Source: Nemertoderma westbladi
Lineage: Eukaryota > Animalia > Xenacoelomorpha
DNA: 64,000 bases
Direction: 5' to 3'
NCBI GenBank assembly: GCA_032718475.1
Contig: JAUCBJ010008092.1
Span: 48,315 to 112,314, forward strand
The notes beneath the pieces were generated by a model that was not told the DNA's origin, did not search any database, and saw only the letters and a list, made by a program, of their open reading frames with translations. Shown here piece by piece: positions 37,485 to 48,669 of this stretch. Position 1 is the first letter of the stretch. Each line of letters opens with the position of its first letter. The position numbers and the translations under genes are program-made.

Positions 37485-39611
37485 TTATGGATATTTGGGA
37501 CAGGCGGCCTTCCTTACCTGAGGTCTATGTGGTATAGTCTCCTCCGATATGCGTACTCGTTGACTAGGCTGAACTTTATCTAACTCAGGCCTGCTAGGAT
37601 TTGAATTACTTCTTACCTGGGCTGCTTCCTTTAACCGTAGGTTGCTAAGCATGTCTGTTATAGGTTGGATGTGTGGCGATATAGCTTGCGCTAAACTAGC
37701 ACTTAACTCATCCCTCGTAATAAATTCCTGGCTAGGGTTATGTTGTATAGTCGGCTCTATCTGAGTAATCATCCGCTGTCTCTCATATGATCCCTCTTCC
37801 GGTTTAACCCGAAAGTTCTCCGTCGAACTGGGTCGGCGCTCCGTCCACGTATTCCAAACCCGCGGGTTCGGTTCGCCCAATACTCGTCCTGTCGGAGTTT
37901 CTCTAAACTCTCCGTTGTCTCGTTCGGTGTATAGTGGTGCGGTGTTCCGATGACGTAGATCCTGGGCGATGGGTGAAGCACTTATAGCAACTGGCGTGCG
38001 ATAGGTAGAGAATGGTTTAGCGATCCGTGTACTCGTAATAGCTGGACCGGGTATAGGAATTCTGGTCGTCGTCGACTCGCGTATAGTCGGAGTTCTCGCT
38101 TCCTGTTCGGCCTTCTGCAGTGCGAACAGTTCTCGCAACTCTGTCCCTACACTCGCCCCACATTCTTCGAACATTCGCATCCCCTTCTCGGCGATTTCGT
38201 TCGCCTTCCTAGTCCGTTCTTCGCTCTCTAAACTTAATCTCGCACTTTCCAACTGCGCCAGTTTACGTTCTTCTTCTTCCCTCGCTCGTCTCGCTGCGCC
38301 CTCTTCTTCCACACGCGCCTTTTCTTCATACAACATCTGTCGCTCCTTCTCGATCTCGAGTTCGCGTTCTTTGCGCTCGCGTTCGAGCTGGAGTTTGCGT
38401 TCCTTGCGTTCGCGTTCGAGCTTGAGTTCGCGTTCCTTGCGTTCGCGTTCCGCTTGCTCGCGCTTACCTTTCTCTTCCAACTCTCGCAACTTTGCGTCTA
38501 ACTTACGTGTGCGCTCCCGTTCCCGCTCGGCTTCCTTCCGTGCTTCCGATGCACGCAAAACTTCCGCCTGTTGTTCGTCCAGTCGGCGTCTTCTCTCCTC
38601 CGCCGAGTTGTGAGAAACAAGGGATCTAGCACATATAACCTTCCCTCGCGCGTGACTAACCTGGGAATCGCCACTGTCTCTGGATGCGTCGTCGGGTGGA
38701 GTCAACGTCCTCTGTTGAATGTTCTCCATCGTCGGTAGCACCTGGCCTGGTACCACCACTCCATTCTGCATCAGCCAGCTAGTAACTTCCCTCTGATAAC
38801 GGCGCTCTTCTTTATCTTGGATCTCTTCCCGCTCCACTAAGTCTCTCAACTCTGCGTCACTCACCTGAGTCGCCTGCGTTTGTGTTGCCCATAGCAGCCA
38901 GTTCTCCGTCCTAACTCGTCGGAATTGCTCCGATAACTCGCGGTGCTCCAACAAGGCTGCTAAAACCCTGTCGTAAATCCTCGTCGCCACGTCGCTCGAC
39001 TGAGACTCTACTGCCTTCTTCGCTAGGACTGCAAGCTCCTCCGTCTGCTTGAATAACGCTGAGTTATATCCTCTTCTAATCTCTACTAACTCTACCCTTC
39101 CGATGTTCGCTGAGTCAGCTAACATCTTCCTTACCTTGTCCGTCGTCCGAGTTATATGTCCGGCATGCGCGCGAAGTTTCTTCTTTATCGCAATATCAAG
39201 TTCTCTCTCACTTACCTGACTCACACTCGGTGGACTTGAAGGATTATTTCGGGAACTACGGGTACTCCTAACAGCCGTTGGGACCACGGCACTTACCATA
39301 CCCACAGATCTGGAAACCGGGCTCCGGGCTCTCGCTTCTGCTACACTACCCTCCCTATCACTCACCTCTGGTTGGGTTGCTGTACAATCCTTCCTTACAG
39401 TAGCGGTAGGGGATCCTAATACTATTACCTCTGGTTGTTGTTCTTCCTCACTGGTCACTGTCTCGTCCTCCTGTTCACTTACGTCAGCGTCGCTCGCTGC
39501 GTCGTCATAGTCGGCATTGTCGTCAACAGTAATATTTACGCTATCGTCAGTCGGCGGTCCAGCCGCCGTCTCATAGCTGTCCTCTAGTGCCTCCTTGTCT
39601 GAGACACTCAT
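37485..39611 (-). CDS. gag: BEL gag N-terminal ORF (acidic region, E/R/K coiled coil)
   Basis: 708-aa ORF directly upstream of pol; LRAHAGHITR motif and long charged coiled coil; +1 offset to the pol frame. Confidence 0.85.
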   Translation of the reverse strand: MSVSDKEALEDSYETAAGPPTDDSVNITVDDNADYDDAASDADVSEQEDETVTSEEEQQPEVIVLGSPTATVRKDCTATQPEVSDREGSVAEARARSPVSRSVGMVSAVVPTAVRSTRSSRNNPSSPPSVSQVSERELDIAIKKKLRAHAGHITRTTDKVRKMLADSANIGRVELVEIRRGYNSALFKQTEELAVLAKKAVESQSSDVATRIYDRVLAALLEHRELSEQFRRVRTENWLLWATQTQATQVSDAELRDLVEREEIQDKEERRYQREVTSWLMQNGVVVPGQVLPTMENIQQRTLTPPDDASRDSGDSQVSHARGKVICARSLVSHNSAEERRRRLDEQQAEVLRASEARKEAERERERTRKLDAKLRELEEKGKREQAERERKERELKLERERKERKLQLERERKERELEIEKERQMLYEEKARVEEEGAARRAREEEERKLAQLESARLSLESEERTRKANEIAEKGMRMFEECGASVGTELRELFALQKAEQEARTPTIRESTTTRIPIPGPAITSTRIAKPFSTYRTPVAISASPIAQDLRHRNTAPLYTERDNGEFRETPTGRVLGEPNPRVWNTWTERRPSSTENFRVKPEEGSYERQRMITQIEPTIQHNPSQEFITRDELSASLAQAISPHIQPITDMLSNLRLKEAAQVRSNSNPSRPELDKVQPSQRVRISEETIPHRPQVRKAACPKYP

Positions 39612-40483
39612 AGTCTAATAATGTTTGCCTTCCGGCAAAAATATCTCGCAAAAGTTCGAGATATAATTATGATTTAACCGAAATACGGTCAAATTATTTG
39701 TCAAATAATCAGTTGGTCCAAAATGTCAAATAAATTCGCAATGCAATATTGTGAATTTAATGAGGTATAGTTATAGCAAATACTAGCACAATATTTAAAC
39801 AAAAATATTATTATATAGCTACTATAGCAATTTAAATACCGGTATAGCACAAAATAACTTTGAATCTAATACAAAATATTCAAAATAAACTTGCCACCCG
39901 AATAATTCCAATTTTGCATATATAGCTCTAATCAACGTAATTTTAATTTTAAATATTATATGTATCCACTAGCGCGTGGCTACATCTTCGGGTTGCGACT
40001 CTCTCTAACTCTCTCTCTAACTTGAGCGATTCAAAAAACCATGGCCGGCTAAACCTAAATAACCTAACTAATAAATTGAGTTCAGCTTCGCAGTTAAACA
40101 ACCGATAATTTTTTACTGCTTCCACAAACACTATGGTGCCAACAGAACAACTAACCTTGTTTGCTGTGAGATTCCACGTCCGCGTCCAAAGATTCAGGCC
40201 CTTCGCTGATTGCAAACCGAACCCGCAGACCCACACGAACCCCAAACTCAGAAGTTCCGTCTTGCCATGTATCTCCAGATGGTATAAAATAACTAAGCGG
40301 TTACCTAACATACCCGTACAAAACTCTAGAATTTTACAAAATAATTTTGACCGAAACTGAATTCTCGCAAACCTAGCTAAAATTTTCAAAAAACTTACTA
40401 ATTACAATTTGCCCTAAGGCCTAAGGAACTGCTGTATTCGCAATTAGCAAAAACGCACTACCGTACATCCACTGTATGCAGTA

Positions 40484-41107
40484 CACGTTCGTGGGGACTT
40501 CGCGCAGCACGTAGTCGGCAAGCCTTGGCATACGGTTCATATAGAGCAAATGGGGCATGTCTAGTTTGAACCCCATATCCCATGCTATAAATGTATTCAT
40601 TCGATATACAATCATATGTTAATCCGCTAGGTGGTGTCAAATTGTTATTCTGCAATTTTGTACTTACCAGTGCAGCACTGTACAGCAGTACCGTACCGGT
40701 AGGCCTATGTCATTACTTCTGAGTCTCTAGCGGATCTCCAATTAAATGTCTTAACTTTTCAATTTCGTAAAAGATAGACTTCATGATTCTCTACAGGCCA
40801 CCAAAATTTCAGCTCAGGAAAATGAGGCCTTCCCGAGAAATTTAACATTTTCTAAAAACCACAAAATCTGTCGTAGCTGACGTCAGACTGCATGATTTTT
40901 CACCAAACTTTACAAACTTTCTAAACTTTCTCTCTACTACTTGCCTACTAAGTTTGGTTCAATTCCGAACCAGCGATGCCGAGAAATTCGCGTTCAAACA
41001 TTTACCAGACAGACGGACAGACAGACGGACAGACAGACAGACGGACATGCCCCATTTACCCTATATGAACCGTATGCCAAGGCTCGCCGACTACGTGTCT
41101 CGCCCCA
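40484..41107. mobile_element. Non-autonomous DNA element with about 55-bp inverted repeats and (GACA/GACG)n tract in the BEL leader
   Basis: CACGTAGTCGGC...GGGGCATGTC (40508-40561) inverted at 41044-41096; similar ends recur at about 48471 and 51620-51690. Resembles MITE or Helentron/DINE-type elements. Confidence 0.6.
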
Positions 41108-41518
41108 CAGTAAGTAAAACAGTACACCAACCTAACAGCCTAATGATACTGTGTGTGGTACGGCAAAACAAATGTCCCTTCTACCGTACGCAGTAATAGC
41201 AATCAGCCTAATGTACTACTGTACTATTGTACGCGACCAGTAAATACAGTAATCTAAACTAGCAGCCTAAGAATACCTCAATGTTCTACTGTACGCTGTA
41301 GCCTACAGCAGACAATATCACGTGCTCTAACTTATTACTTAACTACTGCAGTAACAGTGATCCTACCCAACAGCCTAAGAATACACTCTTGACTGCTGCA
41401 AGCAACAGCCAATAAAAACGCGTATTACTGATACGAAGTATCAGTAATCTAAACTAACAGCCTAAGAATACTCTATTTACTGTACGCTACAGCCTACAGC
41501 AAACAAAATGCGTATTAC

Positions 41519-43730
41519 TGATAAACAACCGCGACACCTATACTAACAGCAGAACTGTTGAACAGACAAATACCCGTTAATACCTTTCTGCCAACCTAAT
41601 GAGCTCTCGCCTAACCAATAAGACACAAAGACTGCTCTACTGTTAAGTAAAGGGGATCAGGAGCGTGATATTACTAAATTGTAAAGGTTGCTAAATACAA
41701 AACCGCTACTTACCGTTAGATGGCGCTAATCTGCCGTCCGCTAATATAATTTACTAAATTTACACGGCTCCTGCAAAATCGCTTGTTCCTTTCTCTACCG
41801 ATTGCTCGATAGAGAGCTAACTGTTCGAATCTATGAGCCACGCGGGAATAACCAAAACAATAAACCCGAGTCGGCTCCCTAAGCTTACTTAAGACGAGTG
41901 CGAGAGGCTTTGCACTCAGAGTATTCTTACGCCTAATTTTATCACTATTAAAGCACGCTATTGCCTACGTCTTTTCTAATCGCGAATACTGAGGGTTCCC
42001 TAACGAAATGTATGAATGCGAGAATATTTAAATTATCAAAATGGTACAGTATTTGTCTCTACGTAAATAGTACCGCTCCGGGTCTAAACTTGCCTGCAGC
42101 TGTCTTTAGGCCAGCAAATTACTAGCGTGTTGTGCGTACCGAATAGTGCGATCTAGCTGATTGCCCGCTAATGCAAATAACCGCTCAGCGTGAATAGTTT
42201 ACAGTACCCTAATTATTACCTTAGCTACTCTCCGCTATGCTGCGTACTAATTCTTAATTTTACTAATCAATTACAGTCACAAATATGTAACAGCGTACTA
42301 ATTACTAATTGCGTAATTCTAATTTATTACACAACAGGTTTCGCTAGTAATAGCCTAAATTGCCGTATTACTTTGACCTAATCAGTAATTATTTGTTGTA
42401 ACTAAGAAATAGAAATCAATCAAAGAGAAAGGGGCGCCTACCTAAACATTCGTAATCATAGGCACACTTCAATAACACACCAATCAGCGTCAGCAATCAC
42501 AGTTCGCAATTATGCAGTTAACTACTGTATAGCCCACAGTTGTGCGATTCACTATTCGTACTCCACACTCCACGCTGTAGTACGCGCAGGCCTCTCCCGG
42601 ATACATCTAGGCTTCCTAACTAACCCGATTCCTGCCCCCCTAATACTAAATAGAGACGAAATCTGGATCATCAGCCCCCTAATTACTGTACCGGCGAATG
42701 GTCTGCGTGCTACAGTGTGAAACGCCCGACCGCAATGGTGACCCCCCGCCAGCGTTGCCCGCCTTTGAATCCTCCGCTCTCCCTTAGTCGCTCAACCCCC
42801 CGATGTGCCCACCGCCTACTGGCACCTTAGCCCTCCATTATGCTAATAGCTACCGTAGCGGCGCATGCAACATCACAAAGTCTGACAGTCTCAGAAAATC
42901 CCTTAGGATTATTGCGTAGAATTGAATCACATAGAACCATTAACAAAAAGGGTAGAAATCATAGTTCCGATTGTAATTAGCAGTAATCGATAGGATTGAT
43001 TTGAGAAACGCAATTGAGAATAGTAGCACTAACAAATCATTTCAAGAAATTAATCGAAAAATAGCAAATTGCAGAAATACGCAAGATTATACTTCTAACT
43101 TAATGGTACAGGTAACAAACAGATTGAGTTGAGATTGAGGTAAATGAGGGATTGGAATTGGTACAGCTCTACTGGCAAGCCGCCAATTTATAGGTGATCC
43201 GAGAAGGGTGATGCAATAGGGTGACGCAATCGCTCTCCTATTGGCTCTCCAGTCCGCGCTAGCATTAGACCAACCTGGAAGCAGTTAGTCCAATAAGAAG
43301 GCCGGATTGTAGCCCTATTGCTCCCCTAACCCTCAAATTATTACCATATATGGTAATGGATCATGTCCCTGGCTGCTGAATGGCCAGGACAGCGTCCCTA
43401 TATGCTAGCCCTATTGAAGCTAATAACAGCAAGCACAAAATCCAGGGTCCAACTGAACTTGCTACCCTGGAACTATCTACCTATATCCTAATACAAAATT
43501 ACGTAGGTATGGCTACATATTATACAAAATGGATGAATTCAAAATATATGGGCGTTTTGATTTCCCTATCTAAATATCACCGCGCTATTATGCCTTATCT
43601 AAAATATTATGCTGCACAACGGACTAATATTGCGTACAGTATAACGAACTAATATATTATACTGCGTAATGGACCAATATATTATACTGTATAATGGCTA
43701 ATAATGTGTACAGCGCCATATACCGTAACA
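41519..43730 (-). repeat. 5' LTR (2212 bp) of BEL element 1
   Basis: Copy of 22960-25191, abutting the ACTTT TSD. Confidence 0.95.
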
Positions 43731-46118
43731 ACTTTGGTCCGTGATAGACTACAAACCGTGATTAAAACTTTTTTAACAGTATCTGCAACATGTAGAATAA
43801 AATGAGTACCATCACAATCTGGAAAGAAAATCATTGGTGTTGTATTAATGTCACAATGATTAGTTATGTACATGACAGCATCATATGATTGAGGCTGATG
43901 CAGCTTTGTGCATAGTGCAGAATCGATACAGCTAATAGATCCTTCCATATGTCTCTCCAGGATAGAAAGAAATGAGTCAATGATTAGGGTAGAGAATAAA
44001 TTTCTTCCTTTGAAGAAATTCCAATCAGGATTGGAGGGTTTTAAGAGAACAAGAGTTCCATTGGATGGTCTAGTGGTTGCTGCAATGACCACTGCTTCAT
44101 CATGGAACCCTTTACAAATATCTGGAAAGATGTCAATGTGTTCAGCAGACCCTCCCTGAATTTCATCAACATCATTAGTACTAGGGCTATGAGGGGAGTT
44201 GTGTGTATGTGCTGAGTGATACTGTGGTTGTGTTCTGCATACCCATGTACCGTCATCCATTAAGTCATGTACTTCGACCTCACCACAATGAAGGTTGTCA
44301 GGGTATGGAAGTGTATCTGTGTGATGTCTCGGAATCGGGATAGGAGAGGAGTATGTCAGTGTCTGAGTGGTGTTTATACATGTTAGTGGTGTAGTAGTGA
44401 GTAGTGGAGTAGTAAAAATAGACTTTGGAGGCTCAACTAAAAAATTATTAATGGTACTACAGTTTTGAGCTGCCCTAGTATAAAGGGGCCTACTCCTATA
44501 TTGAGAATTAGTAAAGTTAATGTTACTATTTACAAAAGTCTCACAAACTCCAGGTTCTGGTGCTGCTCCATCGTACATTATACACTCCCCAATACCACCA
44601 TGGACTTGGGGAGTTGCAGGGGAACCATTATCCGAGCTGTAAGGAAAGGAATCCATGATCATAGATTGGATTGTTGGTATCTCCGAGACAGTAGTCAGTG
44701 ACCCTGAGTCTGGATGGATCACTCTGGTTCATTACTCATCCATGCAGATTGGGTTATTTGTCACACCAGACTCAGTAATCATTGACCCGGAAACTAGAGC
44801 AACTGTTATTGCTTCTGGCTCTGTACCTGTCCATCCAGATTGGGTTGTTGTTCCTCCAGATTCGGAAGTTGTCAACCTGGAACCCAGATGGATCGCCGTC
44901 GTTCTGGGTTCACTACTTGTCCATCCAGATGCAGATTGGGTTTCTGTTCCTCCAGATTCGGAAGTCGTTGACCCTGAACCCAGAAACACCGTCGTTGCTA
45001 TGGGTTCGGTACTCATCCATCCAAATTGGGTAGCTGTTTGTCCAGATTCGGAAGTCATCAACCCTGAACCTGAACCCATAATTATCGTTGCCGCTACGGG
45101 TTTGGTACTTGTCCATCCAAATTGGGTAGCTGTTCATCCAGAATTGGAAGTCGTCGACCCTGAACCCGGAATGACCGTCATCACTACCGTTTCAGTACAC
45201 ACCGATGCAGTTTGGGTTGTTGTTCCTCCAGATTCGGAAGTCGTTGACCCTGAACCCGGAAAGACCGTCGTCACTACTGGTTTGGTAAATGCCCATCTAG
45301 ATTGGGTTATTGTTCCTCCAGATTCGGAAGTCGTCGACCCTGAACCCGAAAAGACCATTGTCACTACCGGTTCGGCCTATGCCCATCCAGATTGGGTTGT
45401 CATTCCTCCAGATTCGGAAGTCGTCAACCCTGAACCTGGAAAGACTGTCGTCACTACTGGTTCGGTACACGCCCATCCAGATTGGGTTGTTGTTCCTCCA
45501 GATTAGGAAGTCGTCAACCCTGAACCCGAAAAGACCGTCGTCACTACCGGTTCGGTACATGCCGCAGTGCCCATCCAGATTGGGTTGTTGTTCCTCCAGA
45601 TTCGGAAGTCGTCGACCCTGAACCTGGAAAGACCGTCGTTGCTACCGGTTCAGTATGCGTCCATCTAGATTGTGTTGTTGTTCCTCCAAATTCGGAAGTC
45701 GTCGACCCTGAACCGGGAAAGACCATTGTGGCTACCGGTTTGGTACGCGTCCATCCAGATTGGGTTGTTGTTCCTCCAGAATCGGAAGTCGTCGACCCTG
45801 AACCAAGAAAGACTGTCGTTGCTACCAATTCGGTATACGCCCATCCAGATTGGGTTTTTGTTCCTCCAGATTCGGACGTCTCCGGCCCTGAACCCAGAAT
45901 GACCGTTGTCACTACCGGTTCAGTACATGCCCATCCAGATTGGGTTGTTCCTCCAGATACGGAAGTTGTTGTTGACCTGGACCCCCGAACGACAGTGGGC
46001 GCTGGTGCCCCTGGTTGGATTCTTGTGCTTCTTGATGGCGACAAGCCATGGGTCCGGTGCTGGGCCCTTGCTGCTGGTGTGTGGGAGCTTCTTTTGGCGT
46101 GTGCTGAACTGGTGCCAT
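43731..46118 (-). pseudogene. Probable LINE ORF1, 5' part: Thr/Ser/Gly-rich repeats then N-terminal half of a Ulp1/C48 protease domain
   Basis: IIDSFLSIL...CIDSALCTKL...IFFPDCDGTHFILHVAD; the frame continues across the ACTTT TSD into 22959 and below. Confidence 0.7.
44690..45990 (-). repeat. Coding minisatellite, 90-bp unit, about 14 copies
   Basis: Unit encodes about TTSESGGTTTQSGWAYTEPVVTTVFPGSGS; the proximal copies share a frame with the downstream protease-like ORF. Confidence 0.9.
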
Positions 46119-48669
46119 GGCTAGGGTAGTTATGTAATTGTAATAATCTGTAGGCCTAGTATAATACTGTATCTAATTGTATTATATTATTGTGGGTCAG
46201 TCAGATAGCAGCTCATACTGATTTATACAAATATAATGTGGCCAAGTACAAAGTATGTGGCTATGTTGACGCACTCAGCGACTAATTGGCTGGTAATGTA
46301 TGTCGTCATGGGCAAGCTGTAAATTACCTTAGGAGTTAAATAAAGTTATGGGTTTTAATAAACACAGTCGAGATTATTTCTGTAAAGCAATGTTATTATT
46401 CTTATGAATATATTAGGTCTAAAGTCGCCTGTAATCCAAACAAATAGTTATGTTTAGAGTGAAATTGGCGTGGGGTGTCTGGTCCTCTGTTCTAAACACA
46501 AGGATTAATGTATATTAAGATTGGGTCTGTCACTGTCTGTTAAATAAGCAGTTCAACGGCCTAACTAGAGATGGAATAAACAATTATTATAGTATGTAGG
46601 TAATAGAATGTACTTACACAATATCTTTTGGGAGCTGTACACAACGTTACAGATTTAGGACAATTGCTTGTCCTTCAAAAAATAATAATATGTAGGGCAG
46701 TAGGGCGTATGTATGATAGAGCAAATGAAATACCTTGGTTAATTAAGTTACTGAAGTAAAAAATCTGAAAGGGTAATACAATTTTAATAATTAATAACGT
46801 CCGCAACACACAACACAAGCTGACCAAGTTATTAAGTAACGGTAATGAGTGTAGAAATCCATCGGTAATTAATTGCTTCACACGCAGGGATTGCCTTGTG
46901 TTCACTTCCGCAGGTAATAAGGTCTTACTCTCTCACTGACTTACGAACTTGCAACCAATAATGTCAAAATTTAACCACAGTCACACAAGTAAACTAAACG
47001 TGAGTAAACCAAACAATCAGTACCACACCAAATAATATCGGGATTATCTATGCTGTCTGTTGTCAAATAACAGCCTTCCCAGTTCAACAAGCCTTTTGCT
47101 TGCATCCATGTCTATAGCTCGAGATTTACAACTCCCTCGGGTGACACAAGACTTTCTCCTACACGTTTGGAGGATTTCACATCGGGGACAATGCAGAATT
47201 TCAAAACCTTCAATAATTCGTCAATAAAGCATTCAGTTCTCAATATCAAGCAGAATAAAAACATATACGAATAACACAGCACTAGCTCTACACGCATTTG
47301 AAGCAGTTTGTTTACACAGGAAACCACTGAATGAAGTAGGTATAATAAAGTGTACAGTTTTAATACAACCTACCTCAAACAGTTCCTAAGGATGTTAAGA
47401 TGGTCATTAAGTAATTGATTATATCTCAAATGAGGGGTAGTACTTCACTGTCTTGGGAACAGTATGGAGAAAATAAAGCTTCACTGTCCTGTGGACAGTG
47501 TGAGAAATTAAATTTTCACTGTCGAGGCTTTTACTGATGGGCTGACAATAAACTAACAATTGTCCCCAAGCTTAACTCGTGCATCTACTTAAATCAGGTT
47601 CTGTATGTTTTAGTCTGTGAACTGAACACTAACGTTGCCTCGGGATACCTACCACACGGTAGGAGTGTTCACTGATTTGTGAATATATATTATATAATAT
47701 ATATGTCGAATTAAATGGCATAATCAAATATTTCGGGTAAGGGAGTTTAGGGCATTAGAAACTACTTCAAGGAGTAGGCCTAATATATAATTACTATACG
47801 TGTAAACTATTCCTTTATGCTGTGCTGTCTGTGAACAACTGTACGTGCGACTTATTACGAATTGTGGGTAGGACGTTATATGGGGCCTAGTGCGGTGTAA
47901 ATGCACATTGCATGCGTGTTGCATACATGACGGTATAGATATATATCACAGTTGTAAGTTGTTTAGTTGGGAATAATATTACAGTACTGAGAATAACATA
48001 CACACGCAGTGAGTTTGAACTGAGCCTGATTTAGATTAATGTTACAGTTTACACTCACCAGGTTGAAAACGATGCAGTATGATCTTGAGTCAGTAGTATA
48101 TTCTCCAAACAATACATACAATAATAGTAACTATAATATAATGAGGCTGTATCGCCTGGCCTGTACTGCAAACACGGTGAAAATTTATAGGTTTCTAGTG
48201 TCTAAAGAGAACCCGAAAAAATTTAGCGGCTTAAAATGATGTAAGTAAAGCTCAAATTTGATTCAAAGCACAGAGTTCTACAGTATATGTAAATCCAAGG
48301 AGTGTAACAACCAATGAGATGGGAGCTAAAGCTCAGATCAACACCCTATGAGATTCTGATACAACACAAAGGTGATGCTAGGCAACGCTATAAACATATT
48401 GATAACACTGTGGCATAAAGATTAAAGATTGTACATGAAGACAGACAAATTATGTATGAAATACAGTATTACACGTTCGTGGGGCCTTCACGCAGCACGA
48501 GGCCTAGTTAAGAGATACAAATTAAAATTGAGCGACTGTATCACAAAATCAGGTTTTGAGAAATTTACCCACACCACCAATCAATCAAAGAAAGGGGGAC
48601 AGTACGTGTTCACCCCTTTTAATCTCCCCACCCCCCCCCCCCCCCCCACCCTTCCCAAATCCAAAAAAT

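Larger units (their letters stand above)
22960..43730 (-). mobile_element. Giant (20.8 kb) BEL/Pao LTR retrotransposon with accessory gene
   Basis: LTRs 22960-25191 and 41519-43730 (TGTTAC...TTATCA on minus), ACTTT TSD (22955-22959 / 43731-43735), BEL gag-pol. Confidence 0.96.

Noticed and set aside
44655-46129. Plus-strand Val/Pro-rich ORFs (283 and 133 aa)
   Set aside because: Antisense reading of the 90-bp repeat; the minus-strand frame connects to the protease-like domain.
48429-48669. N-terminal 80 aa of the 689-aa RT ORF
   Set aside because: Appears to be flanking repeat DNA including a poly-C run; LINE-like sequence starts at about 48670.
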